NCBI RefSeq assembly: GCF_009834535.1
Contig: NC_045697.1
Span: 51,958,001-52,022,000 of the forward strand
DNA: 64,000 nt
Source of the DNA: Camelus ferus
Lineage: Eukaryota
Direction: 5' to 3'
Below are positions 49,176-62,054 of the stretch, one piece after another; position 1 is the stretch's first letter, and every line of letters starts with the position of its first letter. The position numbers were made by a program, and so were the translations under genes. The notes beneath the pieces were generated by a model that worked only from the letters and a program-made list of their open reading frames with translations, had not been told where the DNA came from and searched no databases.

Positions 49176-51129
49176 CTGATCTCTTCATTTTTATAAATCT
49201 TGTATCTCAAAATTCTGCAGGGTCCATGAAGGACATAAGACCCATTCAAAACAGCTACCTGTTGTGGTGACCACTGTAACTCGTTGCTGGGGCAATATAT
49301 TTCCATCTGCCTTTGGTTTGATAGTGAACTCTTAATGTTCTGCTTCAAGGTAATTGGAAAATTCATTTGAGCCAGTTTATCCCACTGAGCTAGGACTTTA
49401 AAACTTAAGTTAATTAGGAAGGAAAGAAAAATCAGTGGCCAACATCGAGCTAATGCAAGCAAAAAATTCATGTGTTTAAGAGAATAATTTCATATGATTA
49501 TTAAAGTCTTATAATATAGATATATTTTAGGAAAGTGAAGTAATACTTATCTTTTAAAAATATGTATGACAGTTTTAAAATGTTCACCTAAAATCAATTC
49601 CCCCTCTCCACAATAAGGAGGGTAGTATTTTATAAAATGATTATTTTTAAATATATGAAGTTTTGAGGAACAAAGGTATTCTTTTTCTGTCATGATTAGA
49701 GTGGAAATCCATTTAATGCAACATAGTGAAAAAGTTTGTGAATATGTATCAGAGAGACATTTGCATGGAATTTTTCATCAAAAATCACAAACACATCAGC
49801 CAGGAACAGCAAGTGAACTAATATTGCAGGAGCAAATCATTCACTGGTTACTAGTAATTTCTATCTACACATTCTACAGCCTTTGACATCTATAAAAGAG
49901 AATACTAACCACAGTGTGATTAACAGGAGCTGTGAGGTAAAAGAATCCTAAAAATCAACAAATTTGTAATACATGCTTTTAAATACTTCGTAATGTATTC
50001 ACAAAATCCTCAAGAATAAAAATGTCAGATAAAATAAATAGATAATAGATGAAGACAAAAAATAAGTCTGAGATTCAAACTCTCCTAAAGGTATCTGTAG
50101 ACATCAAGAAAATATGGCTGATAGGAAGATCTTTTTGGATGATGTGGTTTATAGAAAAATTTTTATGTTGATTAAAAAAAAAAGCAGAAGATAGTAACAC
50201 GAGTAACACATTATCAAACAAAAATGAAAGCACATTTTATTATTACAATACCTACTTTTTAATAGTATTAATGTATACCTTTAAAGACAGTGCAAGAACT
50301 CTTCTTAAATGATTGAGAGAAGCTTTTAACAGATAAAAGGCTCTAACAGAACTCTGCACACAATTGCCATTCAACTTTCTATCTTCGAGCATTTCATAGC
50401 ACTTTTGTAAATTCAATCATAACTTAAGAAATTATTAAGATAACTTTACACAAGCTATTTTGGTTTATGTAATTAGGGTTGAAGCTGGAAAGAGAACTAT
50501 GTCCACATTTTCCAAACCACAATTTGCCCATCTTCCCCCTCATTCGTTGTTATCAACTGAAAACGATTTGGATGAACAATGGGAAGAGAAATTTAGACAC
50601 CTGGTTAAAATAACTTTGACTACTTTGATCAGAAAAAAAAAATCAAGCATATTCTTTTAGCTTATGTCATCTTAGATTTAAGACTCTTTAAAATAAATAA
50701 ATCTGAAATATCTAGTCTTGCTGAGGAGAAAAAAGGGATAAACAAGTGTATCTTTTTTTCTTAGTTTATAGTTCTACCTTTAATAAAAATTACAGTGCAC
50801 AGCAGAGAATTTTCCTGTTTTCTGACACCAGACCCTATCTTTGGCCAAGGGCTGAACCACTGGAAAATGCCTGGAGGTTTGGCAGAAGAGAGGCAAAACT
50901 GGAAACCGTATATCACCACGAGGAATCGCTGAAAATCTCTCTAGCTGTCTTCACTGAGGGCTCTGTGCTGTCCTGTCCTAAAAGAAACCTCATTTTAGCC
51001 TTTCTGGCAGATAATCATCACAGATGAAGAGGGTAGTTTAGAAAACTCAAGCATGCTCTTCAAGGAGATTTCAACACAGAAGTTATACCAGTACAGCTCT
51101 GGAGAGGTTTTCTGGAGAACTTTAAGCAC

Positions 51130-51700
51130 CCCCGGTCCCTCGCCCCATCCCAGCTCTGCGACCCTGGGAACAGACATCCACGATCCAGAGCTTGGGCAGA
51201 GAAGCCCCCAAAAGTCAGGCTGGTGACCAAAGCGACGCCCTCCTGGACTGTGACTCCAGAGGGTGCTCGTGTTACTAGCAAGGGGCTGGGAAAGGTCGAA
51301 AGAGTAAAGTCGCAAAACCCAAGGTAACACTCCAGTGGCTAACACAGATCATCCAAGCCAGCGGCGAGGGCTGCGGACTCCCGCGCAGCCGGACGCGCGC
51401 CCTTACCTGCACACCACGCTAGGGCAGAGCCGCGGCGGCGCTGGGAACCAGAAGCGTCCCCGCTGAGATTCAGCAACAGGTTCCAACGATCCAGCCCCAG
51501 GTCTGCCACCTGCCAGCCACCTGCCACCTCCTGGCGGCTGCGCTGCCCTAGGGCTGGGCGCTTGGGGCTCTGCGCTTGCTCACCGCCTCCCTTTCCCTCT
51601 CTGAAGTAACGTCACCCTCCAGGGGGCAGCAGCCAGCAGTTGGGATTCCAAAGAAGCTATTCACGTCCTGCTCAGGGACATCCGAATACTTTCTTGTGAA
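51130..51700. promoter_or_regulatory. CpG-island-like promoter/first-exon region of NPFFR2
   Basis: The only strongly CpG-dense non-repeat stretch in an AT-rich window (e.g. CCGCGCAGCCGGACGCGCGC, CCGCGGCGGCG). CRE half-site CGTCA at 51610-51614; CTCF-like motifs at 51521-51534 (-) and 51616-51629 (+). Confidence 0.75.
51407..51664 (-). other. NPFFR2: Probable non-coding first exon of NPFFR2 (5' boundary/TSS uncertain)
   Basis: Strong donor CAG|GTAAGG after 51407 in a GC/CpG-rich stretch. Conceptual translation from 51664 (VNSFFGIPTAGCCPLEGDVTSEREREAVSKRRAPSAQP, later TCC...LVP) resembles the N-terminal extension of human long NPFFR2. No ATG on the minus strand between 51678 and 51407. Confidence 0.82.
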
Positions 51701-51754
51701 ATTCACAATCCGCATACAGCAAAGGAAAGTAAGCATCATCAGTATGACTAGTGA

Positions 51755-51908
51755 TTAAGCCTCACTATGCCTCTGGTTTCCTTGTTTGTAAACTAACGGG
51801 TGATGTTGATTGTAGGCACTGGGTAATCTGAGAATTAAATGAGTGTGTATGTGCAAAATGCCTGGAATGGTTCCTGGCACATGTTAAGTATTCAATAAAC
51901 GTTACCGC
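51755..51908 (+). mobile_element. MIR 3' half immediately upstream of NPFFR2 exon 1
   Basis: GCCTCTGGTTTCCTTGTTTGTAAA...TGAGAATTAAATGAG...CCTGGCACATGTTAAGTATTCAATAAACGTTA. Confidence 0.75.
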
Positions 51909-51939
51909 TTTAACGTTCTCTTAGGAACGAGGAGTTCAG

Positions 51940-51970
51940 TGCAGGCTGCAGGCTGCAGGCTGCAGGCTGC
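51940..51970. repeat. Perfect heptamer tandem repeat (TGCAGGC)x4.4
   Basis: TGCAGGCTGCAGGCTGCAGGCTGCAGGCTGC read directly. Confidence 0.95.
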
Positions 51971-53089
51971 GACAACAACCAACCTTCCCCTTCTCTAAAG
52001 TGGACGGTGATCTGTTAGCTCTAATAACGGACTTTTAGCTTGCAAGAAAGTCTCTCTGGAATTCTGGAAGTGTGAATTCATATTTTAATTAGAAGGGGAA
52101 AGGAGGCAGCCACAGTGATTCTAACAAGAAAATGTGCTTTGTTGGAGGTCGCTAAAATGTAACGTATTAATTTCGAGGTTTATACAATTATGAGAAAGGG
52201 ATAAAGGTACTTTAAGAGAGTAACAGGGATGAGGTTAGGTATGGGGAAAGCCTGTGAAGGGTCTTTGCATAAGTTATCAGGTCTGACCCTCACAGCAGGG
52301 AGAACTATGGTAACTAGGGTAGATTTGCTAAGCTGTAGTGTGTAATCATTTCCAGTCCACACCAAGGCACTAAGTGGCTTGCTCATTACACAGAGGTAGT
52401 TCTTAAATGACAAAGAGGGCTGCAGTAGCCCAATTCAGTTCTCTCACTAGCACATACCTCTGACTAAATCACTGCAACTTGTTGGATACAGGAAACAGTG
52501 GCCTGGAGAAACCTTATTAAAATAGGATTCCTTGGTCTTGGATTAAGGTTCTAGATTCAGATGTGTGTGTGTTTAAACCTGAAATATGGCTCTGTTGAGG
52601 ATCCAGAAAGGGCTATCTTTTCCAACCCTTTACCAAGTTCATGGTGGATATATTGGTCACACTTCTGTGACTTTTATCAGGATACCCCAAGGCATAGAAA
52701 GTCTCGGGGTGGGGGGGAGGCATTAAATAAAGAGGTACTAGTAAGAGTCAAGGCTTAGCTTTATTTCCCTGAACTACTTCTAAGACGAGAAAGGCATTCT
52801 ATATCTAATCTGAAATTCTCAAATCAAAATGCAAAAAAAAAAAAAAAAATTGTGAACCCTCACCCCATATAATCCCACTCACACTCACCCCTGGGAAAAA
52901 TAGTTCATCAAGATGAATTAGGAATCCTAGCAATGCTTTTGATCAGACAGTGAGGTAATGTCTAGCTTGCAAGAATTCTATTACAAATTAAAAGACACAC
53001 AAAACTCGCCATGTAATAATCCTTAAATTATGAGTCACCTGCTGTATCTTACAAAACTTCACACTGTGAGAACTATTGTCCTGGTTCTT

Positions 53090-53247
53090 CTCCCCACCCC
53101 CACACCATTGGTAGTTTTAATGGAGGATGTTTTAAGTGGAGATTCCGACTCAGTAGTGTTGAGGTGGAGCCAAGAGTCTGCAGTTTCTAAAAAGCTTCCA
53201 GGTGATGCAGATGCTGCTGGGCCACAGACCACACTTCTGGTAGCAAA
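53090..53247. mobile_element. MER5A-like hAT-Charlie element
   Basis: GATTCCGACTCAGTAG...GAGGTGGAGCCAAGAGTCTGCAGTTTCTAAAAAGCTTCCAGGTGATGCAGATGCTGCTGGGCCACAGACCACACTT. Confidence 0.75.
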
Positions 53248-55339
53248 GTCTTACATAAATGAGTAATTAACCAAAGTCACACATCTAGTAAGTGATAGAA
53301 ACAGTGCTGGACCCCAAATCTGAGCCCCAAGCTTTTGTGATTATCCGTTATGCTGTGCTGCAAGGAAAATTGAAATCCACTCGCATAGTTCAAACACAGA
53401 GGGGGAGGCTTTGATTAATAGCATGATCATGACTGCCTGGGTGTGCTTAGAGTTGGAGTGTGTCAAAGCAACGTGGAGGTTAAGCATCTGGCGTAAACTG
53501 GTGCTTAAAGACTCGAAAGTTTCCTATCAAGGAGATGGTAGTCAAAGTCAATCAAGGCACTTTCTAAACAAAATATATTTGACCTTTTTGTTGTGTTACT
53601 ACAATGTGATAAGTGCTTTGCTGAATACTATGAAATAATGTTAATAAATCAAGGAATGATATCTTTAGACTTCCTCCCTGCTTATTATCTCTTTTGTGTT
53701 GGACTGAATCTTAGAAAAGAATTGCAAGTAAGCAGTTAGAAATTATTCTATGTCGGCAGCTTATTACATTTAAGCTACTGCCTCTAAAAGAAAAAATCAT
53801 AGTTTACCAAAACTCTAGTAACAGTTATGTGGCAGGTAAAATTTAATCCATTGCTTCTGGAAAAATATATTATTGTGTTATGGTGAATGCTTAGGAAATC
53901 AAAACCTTAGAGTTCTTGGATGATACTCAGAACTACAAAAAAAGCATTAGAGTGAAGTTTTTTTTCATTCAATACATTTTATTACCTCTAAAAAATCTAT
54001 GTTTCTGGGTTTTCTGAAGTACCCATAACTTTTGAGAATTTAGCTTAATCCATTGCACGTAAGAGTGAATTTATGTTGTCAATTTAGACTATAAGATGCT
54101 ATAATCATCTAAAATGACTAAATCCATTTATCAGCCTTCTGCCTAAAGGCAAGGTTTCCACTAGGGTAAAAGCCAGAACTTGTCATTCTCGAAAGTTTTT
54201 CAGTTTTAACTCAGGATGACTACTTACATAAAGTCCAGAACTAAAAGCAGTCCAAAGGCAATCTAAGTGCTATTAAACTCAGAAACGATGATGACCAATG
54301 ACCTAGAAAGGCAAGTGTTAGATTCTAATAGTGTTACAATGATAACTCTCACTTTAACAATTTGCACAATATGGGTTCCAAATAGCAGATCACCTGGAGG
54401 GCTTTTTAAAAATGAGATTTTGAGGGTCAGGCCCTTAGAAGTTTTCCCAGATGACTTGAATGATTAGCCGAACTCTCAGAGGTTTGGGAACCTCTGAAGA
54501 TTGTTTTTACATCTGTCCTCCCAATAACTCTCGGGGGTAATCAGGACAGGCATCACTTGCATATGAGATGAACGTGGAAGGATGGGACTGCAGCCGCACT
54601 CCAAGCTGCCTGAGTTCACACAGCTGACGTGATTTGGAAAGGAAACTAGAATACGTTTTCTGACTCCAGATCTAAGGCTTTCGCCTTAACATTTTGAGCT
54701 GCCTAAACTAAGCTATTCCTTTGACAAATGTCCTGATGTAGAAACCTGTAAGAATGGGATGTGGAAAAGAGAATATAATCAGTGGTGCTATCACTAATCA
54801 ACATGCTGTTATTTGTATGTATTTGATTTAATTGCAGTTGGTTTATTTAAGATAAATTTCTTAAAGCACTAAAAAAAAGCATAACTTCTATAAAAGGACC
54901 ATATCTTGAATACCGTGTTAATTACTCCCTCTGATGTGTCATACACACTGGCTTATCTATTACAGGAGATGGCCTGTGCCATCTTTCCTCCCATGGTTTG
55001 AGGACTATGGCTGGGGACCTGAGGTGGGGGTTGTGGGCTAACTGGGCGTGTATGGGTCCCTGGGGCCAAAACTAGCTGAGGAGAAGGAGCTTTACCTAAA
55101 CTTAGTACAGCAAATCCTAAGAGGAGAGCACAGTTGAGGGCAGCAGGAAGCAGGGTCAGTTAAATGGGGAAGAGAGTGTGGGCAGGGGATTTTCTGTCGT
55201 CTTAGTGAGAGAACCATATTAAAGAAGAGGCAATAAAAATGGAAAAGAAGGGGTGGGTGGGATACTTGAGAAATAGGTACGCACTGCAGGAACTGGCAAT
55301 TGGGGCAAGGTGGCAATTGAGATTGTGCTAGATTTAGAA

Positions 55340-55900
55340 TTTCAGTAACCAGAAGATGCTAATGCTCTTGGCATTAAATAACGAAGTCCAAAGACAGACA
55401 TGCCCCTGGAGACAATATGGACTTAGTCTTAGACACGCTGAATTTAAAGTGAATTCAGGAGAGCCAGATGGTGATACCAAGTAAGCAGCTGAAAGATGGA
55501 ATTGGAGTGTGCCAGCAAGATCACATTTCCAATTTAGGTTTGGGGCATCTTCCACGTGGACGTGAAAACTGCAGCTGTAGGAAGGAGTTGATGCAGCAAG
55601 GGAAAACTGGGAGGAGAAGAAGCCTGTGTGAAGAGCTTTAGGGGGTGCCTAGAAGGTAGGAAATGAAGGCAGCCCTGGAAGACAAACGAGGATAACTTGG
55701 AGAGACGTGGAAAGAATGTGTCTCGTTTTATGAAAATCAAAGTAGGAGAAGTTTCAAAAAGGACATACTAAGATCAGTGTCTGAAGAAGTCGAACGAGCA
55801 CTGAGACAAGGCCACTGGGGACATAGGTGACGAGAGGTGGGGCAGGGCGTCGAGTTATGGGTCAGAGCTGGATGAAGAGAGTAGACTGGAGAATCGTAAG
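55340..55900 (-). mobile_element. L2 internal remnant
   Basis: TTAGTCTTAGACACGCTGAATTTAAAGTG...CAAGTAAGCAGCTGAAAGATGGAATTGGAG...GAAAATCAAAGTAGGAGAAGTTTCAA. Confidence 0.55.
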
Positions 55901-56011
55901 GAGATCTAAGTGATCAAATGGTTTGGTTTTCTCTTTTTTCTAGGTGAGAAGGGTAAGGGAGAAAGAGTTTAAAACATTTTTAATTAAGTTGGATTCTTTC
56001 TTTTCTAAACA

Positions 56012-56437
56012 TTTTTATTTTTTTATTGAAGTATAGTTTACAATGTGTCAACTTCTGGTGTACGGCATAATAGTTCATACATATGCATACATATATTCCT
56101 TTTCATATTCTTTTTCATTATAGCTTACTACAAGATAACTGAACATAGTTCCCTGTGCTGTACAGTATAAACTTGTATGTCTATTTTATATACAGTAGTT
56201 AGTATCCGTAAATTTTGAACTCCCAATTTATTCCTTCCTACTCCCGTTCCCCCTAGTAACTGTAAGTTTATTTTCTATGTCTGTGAGTCTGTTTCTGTTT
56301 TGTAAATAAGTTCGTCTTGTTTTTAGATTCCACATATAAGCGATATCATAATGTATTTTTGCTTCTCTTTCTGGCTTACTTCACTGAGAATGACAATCTT
56401 CAGGTCCATCCATGTTTCTGCAAATGGCATTATTTTC
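56012..56437 (-). mobile_element. 5'-truncated young L1 3' end
   Basis: TTTTTATTGAAGTATAGTTTACAATGTGTC...GAATGACAATCTTCAGGTCCATCCATG; collinear with 8125-8565. Confidence 0.85.
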
Positions 56438-58204
56438 ACTCAAAATCAATGTCCTATGACCTAGACCTAAGAATCTCACCTGTATACGCATGCATCTGTA
56501 CAACTCTACCTGGGATGTCCCCACTCCAACCTGTGGATACATATGTGGACTTATTAAGTATTTCCAGTTTTAGAAATTATCTTCTAAAATGGGGCATATT
56601 TAATCTACAAAGTAATGGAAAAGATATTTACTGTGTCATCTCAATAAACTCAGTCTCTATTTCAGTAATTCTGCGTGTATTTCCAGCATGTGTGCACATG
56701 ACTGAAGAGCAGTGATTGTGCAGGGGTTTGCAGATTAATATATATTAAAAAGATGGACAAAGCAGTTCTTATCCAGGTAGCTTGTTGTTTTAGTCAATGA
56801 TTATAGCATTATTTGAAAGAAAGGGGTTATGCACATCAAATTTTGGTTTTAAACATCAACAGTGTAAACTAAGTATTTGTGTTGATATTGTTGTTGCTTT
56901 TATCCCTGAATCTACCAAAGTGCCATAGCATAGAACCCTGATGAGTATTTAACAAGTGAATAAGTAAGTGTACATAAACACCTGATTTTTAGCAGTCTTA
57001 AAATTATCTTGAGAAGATAACAGACATTAGTAATGTGATAACAGTCAAGCCAACAAACCATCTTCTCGAACTGGCCAATATCATTCCTTCAACAAGTATT
57101 TATTGTGCGTTTGCTAAATTCCAGAGTATAGCAAGCAAAAAGAGTGTCCCTCCTTCAGGGCTCAGAGGCAGCAAAATGAATAATTACCTTCCTGTGATAG
57201 CTACTATAATAGAGGCACTGTGGGAGGATTTAACAAGATTTTCTAAATCCTCCAGGAGTCCAGGCAGGACCCCCTGGGAGAGATGAAATTTTGGCTATTT
57301 GCTATTGGAGTTCTTACCATATCAAATAATATTAAAGTGTCAGTAAGAAATTGTTAGGCAAACACTTGTGCAGAAAGAAAGTATTACAAGAAGATAGAAC
57401 AGCATTACTTGCAGGTACAGAGGATTAAAAAAAGACACAAAGTTAATATTTATTAAATGTAAATAAAGGCCAGGAAATTTACAAAGTACATTATCTCATT
57501 TCCTCACAACTAACAATTCTCTATATTTCTTTTTTGGTAGCTGAGAATATTCAGTCTCAGAGAAGTCAAACCACTTTCTTAAAACCACACAGCCAACAGT
57601 TGAATTGCCAGGATTTGAAATCAAGTCAGATTGAGCATGTAGGCCACATGCTTACCACTAAACTATTCAACACCTGCATTAGAATAACTGAGTTTAGCAA
57701 AGCTAGACTCCAGTGTGTGTCCATTAGATAGTACAGAAAAAGACACTGGTAAGATAGATTAGGGCAGATGGTAAAGAGCTGAGTTTGCTAAGGATTTGGA
57801 GATTTTGTTTTTCCTGAGAGTAATAGGGAGCCATTGAAGATTTAAGCATAATAGTGACATGGTTGGGTTGGTATTTTAGAATGATTGCTTCCTATAACAC
57901 ATCGAGCCCACTGAAGGGAGAGCAAGCCTAGGGGATTACATCAAAAGATGTTGACCCAAAAAATGAGAAGAACTGAACTAAAGAGGTAGCAGCCTAGATT
58001 GAGAGATGAATGGGAGACTCTTCGAAGATTTGGGATGTAGGATCAATATAGCTTGACTCGTTAGATGTAAAGTATTAGTAAGAAGCCTTTAAGATGCCTT
58101 AGATACTTCTGCCTTAGTCAGTTAGGTAGTTTGTAGTGCTGTTAACCAACAGGAGAGACACCACAAAAGGACCACGTTTCACCAGAAGAAAGTGAGGTGT
58201 TTAC

Positions 58205-58417
58205 TGTTATGATTATCATTATTATTACTATTATAACTATTATTATTATTACAGTATAGTTGACTTACAGTATTAGTTTCAGGCATACAACATAGTCATT
58301 CAATATTTTTATAGATCATTCTCCATTTAAAGTTATTATAAAATACCTATTTATTATAAAACCCCTATTTTTCCCCACCTCCCATCCTTCTTCCCACTGG
58401 TAACCACTAGTTTGTTC
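58205..58417 (-). mobile_element. Short L1 3' end with an (ATT)n-degenerated tail
   Basis: (ATT)n at 58205-58251, then CAGTATAGTTGACTTACAGTATTAGTTTCAGG...CTGGTAACCACTAGTTTGTTC. Confidence 0.7.
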
Positions 58418-58544
58418 AAATGAGCTCTGTTTTAAACATGTTGTTTTCAAAGTGAACAGTACCACATAGACAACTGGATACAATATGCTTTCTGATGTAT
58501 CCGCCACCTCTTTTCCATTCTCATTTCCCATCGGTCTGCCTTTG

Positions 58545-58862
58545 ATCTTTATGCTCCAGCCATTCTGAGCTCCATAGCTGTGATTCTCTGAATAAGCCTT
58601 GCTCTTTCAATACTGAGTATTTGCGTACGCTACTCCATCTTCTTGGACTTCCCTTGAAGAGAATATTCCTCTCTTGTGCCCTTGTAGTACTTCATGCATA
58701 CATCTATTAAAATTCATCACATCTCACTGTTGTTTTATCCGCCTCCTTCACGAAATGTAAGCACCTAGTGAGGGGGTCCTGATTTAATCACTTCCCAATA
58801 CCTAGCACTTAAACTGTTACTGTTGTATAACAGGTGCTGAGGATGTTGTTTGAGCTAATAAA
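58545..58862 (+). mobile_element. L2 3' region
   Basis: GCTCCAGCCATTCTGAGC...AATGTAAGCACCTAGTGAGGG...CCCAATACCTAGCAC. Confidence 0.5.
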
Positions 58863-58944
58863 CGCTTTCGGAAGTCAGGACTAGAGAGAAAGTCATCAGC
58901 ATACACTTACTTTGACAAAAATATTTGTTATAAAATTAATATTT

Positions 58945-59182
58945 GTTAATGGCATGCATGACTCTGGGGCAAGACTACCTGGATTTGAATCTTTTTCATA
59001 ACTATTTACTTTGTGGATATTGAACATGTGACTTAACCTTTCTGTTATTTGGTTTTCTTATCTACTAAATGGAGATAGTAGTCGTATCTACTCATAAAGT
59101 ATTTGTGACCATTAAATAAGTTAGTACATTTAACCTATAACAATGTCTCGTACGTTAGAGAACTCAGACATTAGCTATTAAT
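58945..59182 (+). mobile_element. MIR
   Basis: GACTCTGGGGCAAGACTACCTGGATTTGAATC...GTGACTTAACCTTTCTG...CATTAGCTATTA. Confidence 0.7.
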
Positions 59183-62054
59183 TTCCTGATTGGTCATGAT
59201 GGGATTCAGTCATATGGTAGATATTTTTAGTCACAAGTTCCAATTTCTCTCTCTCCCCTAAGGTTAAGTCTCCCTTTCTTAGGTTCTAAGAGAAAAAAGT
59301 TACATACTTAACAATGAGTAATGTTCTTCACCACACAGCCTGGAGGGAAGTAGAATTGAGGCTACTTTCATGTGGGTTAAATGGTTGTCACTGCAGTGTA
59401 AACAGTATCTCTTTAGTCTTCACGGTGGTCTACCAGATCCCTGGCTGATAAACACATCCTTATTTTCCTCTTTTAAAATGTATTGAAGCTAAAGATATTT
59501 GAGTCAATTACATAATTTTTTAAAAATACAAGATAGGTAACAGATCTGGTTTTTTCTTTGAAATAAGTGTTTTATTTCTAAACTCTTGCTTTCTTAAAGT
59601 ATCTCCCTACAAATCGCCAAAGATCAAATTTATCAGCAGACTTGAGTAAGGTTTATACCATTTTTAAGACATTGATTACATGTACTATGTTAAAAATTTT
59701 TTATAATTAAAGAAATGAGATTTATGTTTAGTGTTACTTGTTATATCCATGAAGAGTTCCCAATAATATGCAAATGAAGAAATCTGGACATTTTAAGAGA
59801 CTTAAAAAACAATTAGCTAATATTTCTCTTTTTTTTTGACATGTTTCTAACAATGGATGTGGACTATAAGAATAGAAAGTTAAGAAATTTTAATGCAATT
59901 ATAATTACAAAAATATAAGTTTTAATGTGTACTTTTGAGAAGTGATTTTTTTTATAACCAAGTTACATATAATTCTGTAGAAGTCACCCCCTTACAACAA
60001 ATTCAGTTAGTAAAACCTTGCCTGATCCAGTAATAAATCAAAATGTTCTATTAAAGTACTGGCCCCATTCCAAATTATCCATTAATGGCTTTGAAATAAA
60101 AATACTGTGTTCTGTATCTTAAATTGAAAGATTTATCACTTATTAGATACATTCATTATTTTGACATTTTTAGCAAACTGTAAGTACTAAAAATATTGAA
60201 AAATAACATACTGGTCCATCTTGACTACATAGAACTGGAAAATAAAAGATTAGTTGGTAAATCTATTTATACTCTTTTTTTATTTATAATAACAAATCAA
60301 TTCTCAAAAGTTCTAAAGAATTAGATATTTCTAAATGTTCTCAGTTTGGAGAAGAAACAAAGTATAATAGTTCTGTCTAAAACAGAGATCCACTGAGCAT
60401 ATCCCAAAGTACTAGACTTTTCAGAAGCATGTTTCTGACATTGGATGATTATATTAGCATTACCAAAACAAACAACTCCCCCCCCCCCTTCAAATAGCAG
60501 AGAGCTGTACAGTCTTTGAGGCCTGTCTCTTTTGAAGAAAACATAGTACTACTTTCTTTGCGGGACAAAAAAGGAATCCGCTAGACCAGAAAATAATCTA
60601 CATCTTAATATTAAATTTCAGTGGACTACGGCAGCAATATTCACTTAAATCTATTCATCAATCTATTTATATACATACAAATTCAACTTTCAAACAATTA
60701 GATACTCCAGTACTTCTGATATTGGGATGATTGGAAACCCAATGTAAAATATGTGTTGAAATGTTTAAGGAAATGAAGCAGGGTACACAAAATATGAGCG
60801 AAACAAGTAAGAGGCTATGAATGATTATACAGGAGGAATGAGATTCTTGCACTTAGCAGAGGCGGTGGGAATGGAGAGGCCAGAACAGACTAAAGAGCAT
60901 CTGAGGGGATTGAATTGAATGGATTTAATGGAGGACTTAATGGCTCTTCCTATCAGAGATGAGGGAGATAGAGGAATTCACATAAATTTGATGTCTCCTT
61001 ATTAAAAAAAATATTCTGCATTCCCAGTGGAATCCTTCCTTCTGTTATTCTAGACTTTACAAGGTTACGTAGGTGTGATTTCCTGATGTCAGAATCTAAT
61101 CCCTTGTGTGCTTCCTGAATGATTCTATGCTCTTCTCATCTCTGAAATTAGAGTTCTTCTTGATTTTAGATTTAAAAAAAAATGCCTAGAATAATAGCAA
61201 GGAAGAGCTCTAAGCAGATTTTTCCAATAACTAAAGTCATACAGCTCTGTCTCAATTATATTCTGAGGGCAACGCTAAAGCGCAGACAACTGAGAAGCCC
61301 TTGTGTACCGTCCCCTAGACCAGGGCTACTACACTCTGTGTGGTCCATGGACAAATGCAAATCTGTGAGATGTTTGTTACTTGTTAGGGATGAATGTTCA
61401 CTGTGGTAGAATTGTACTCCATGCTTGCTTTAACTGACAGTCTTGTTAAAAGAAGCTAAAGACCATCCCGCCACTCTCCCTAGTTATGGAAGACAGAATT
61501 GCGTAGTCTCAAGCTACAGTTCCACTACTTACTTTTCACAGTGAAACAGCCAGGAACTTAGTCCTTATGGTTAATTGCATGAGCAATGGATCAGACACAG
61601 CTGTTTTATTTGAGCCTCTTACACTGGTGCTACTGAGGTTTTTATCACCTACACATGTGAGGGTAATGGGACAATTCTACCAAATGAATACCTAATTGCA
61701 CTTCCAGTTCCCTTCCAGGGAAGGGAAATCTTTGAGGTTTTAAACATTGTAAGGCTCCGACATCCCACTTCAGGCTGTGGCGTATGTTGACTATTTCTAA
61801 TTTACAGGAATAGGATAAAAGAGCTTTGGCTGATATGGGCTTTTAAATTTGAATTAGAGAAAGCAGTAACTCCTCACAGTACAAAGGTGGTGTGGGATAA
61901 GCCACAGGCATACTGTAATTTATTTATATTAAGTAAGAGATATAGCTCACAGCCAAGATGGGCACAAATTGTTCTCTAGAGTAGACTGAGGCCAGCCATT
62001 CTATTGCACAATAAAGTAGCACTGCCTTTAATCTGGCAGAATTACAAGATTAAA

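Larger units (their letters stand above)
3953..51406 (-). other. NPFFR2: NPFFR2 intron 1 (~47.5 kb, GT-AG), assuming no intervening alternative exon
   Basis: GT at 51406-51405 and AG at 3954-3953 on the minus strand; mostly repeat-derived content. Confidence 0.75.

Noticed and set aside
51548..51739. 63-aa ORF overlapping exon 1 as an independent gene or NPFFR2 extension
   Set aside because: Its ATGs abut a MIR and probably lie upstream of the TSS; it stops at 51548 and cannot join exon 2.
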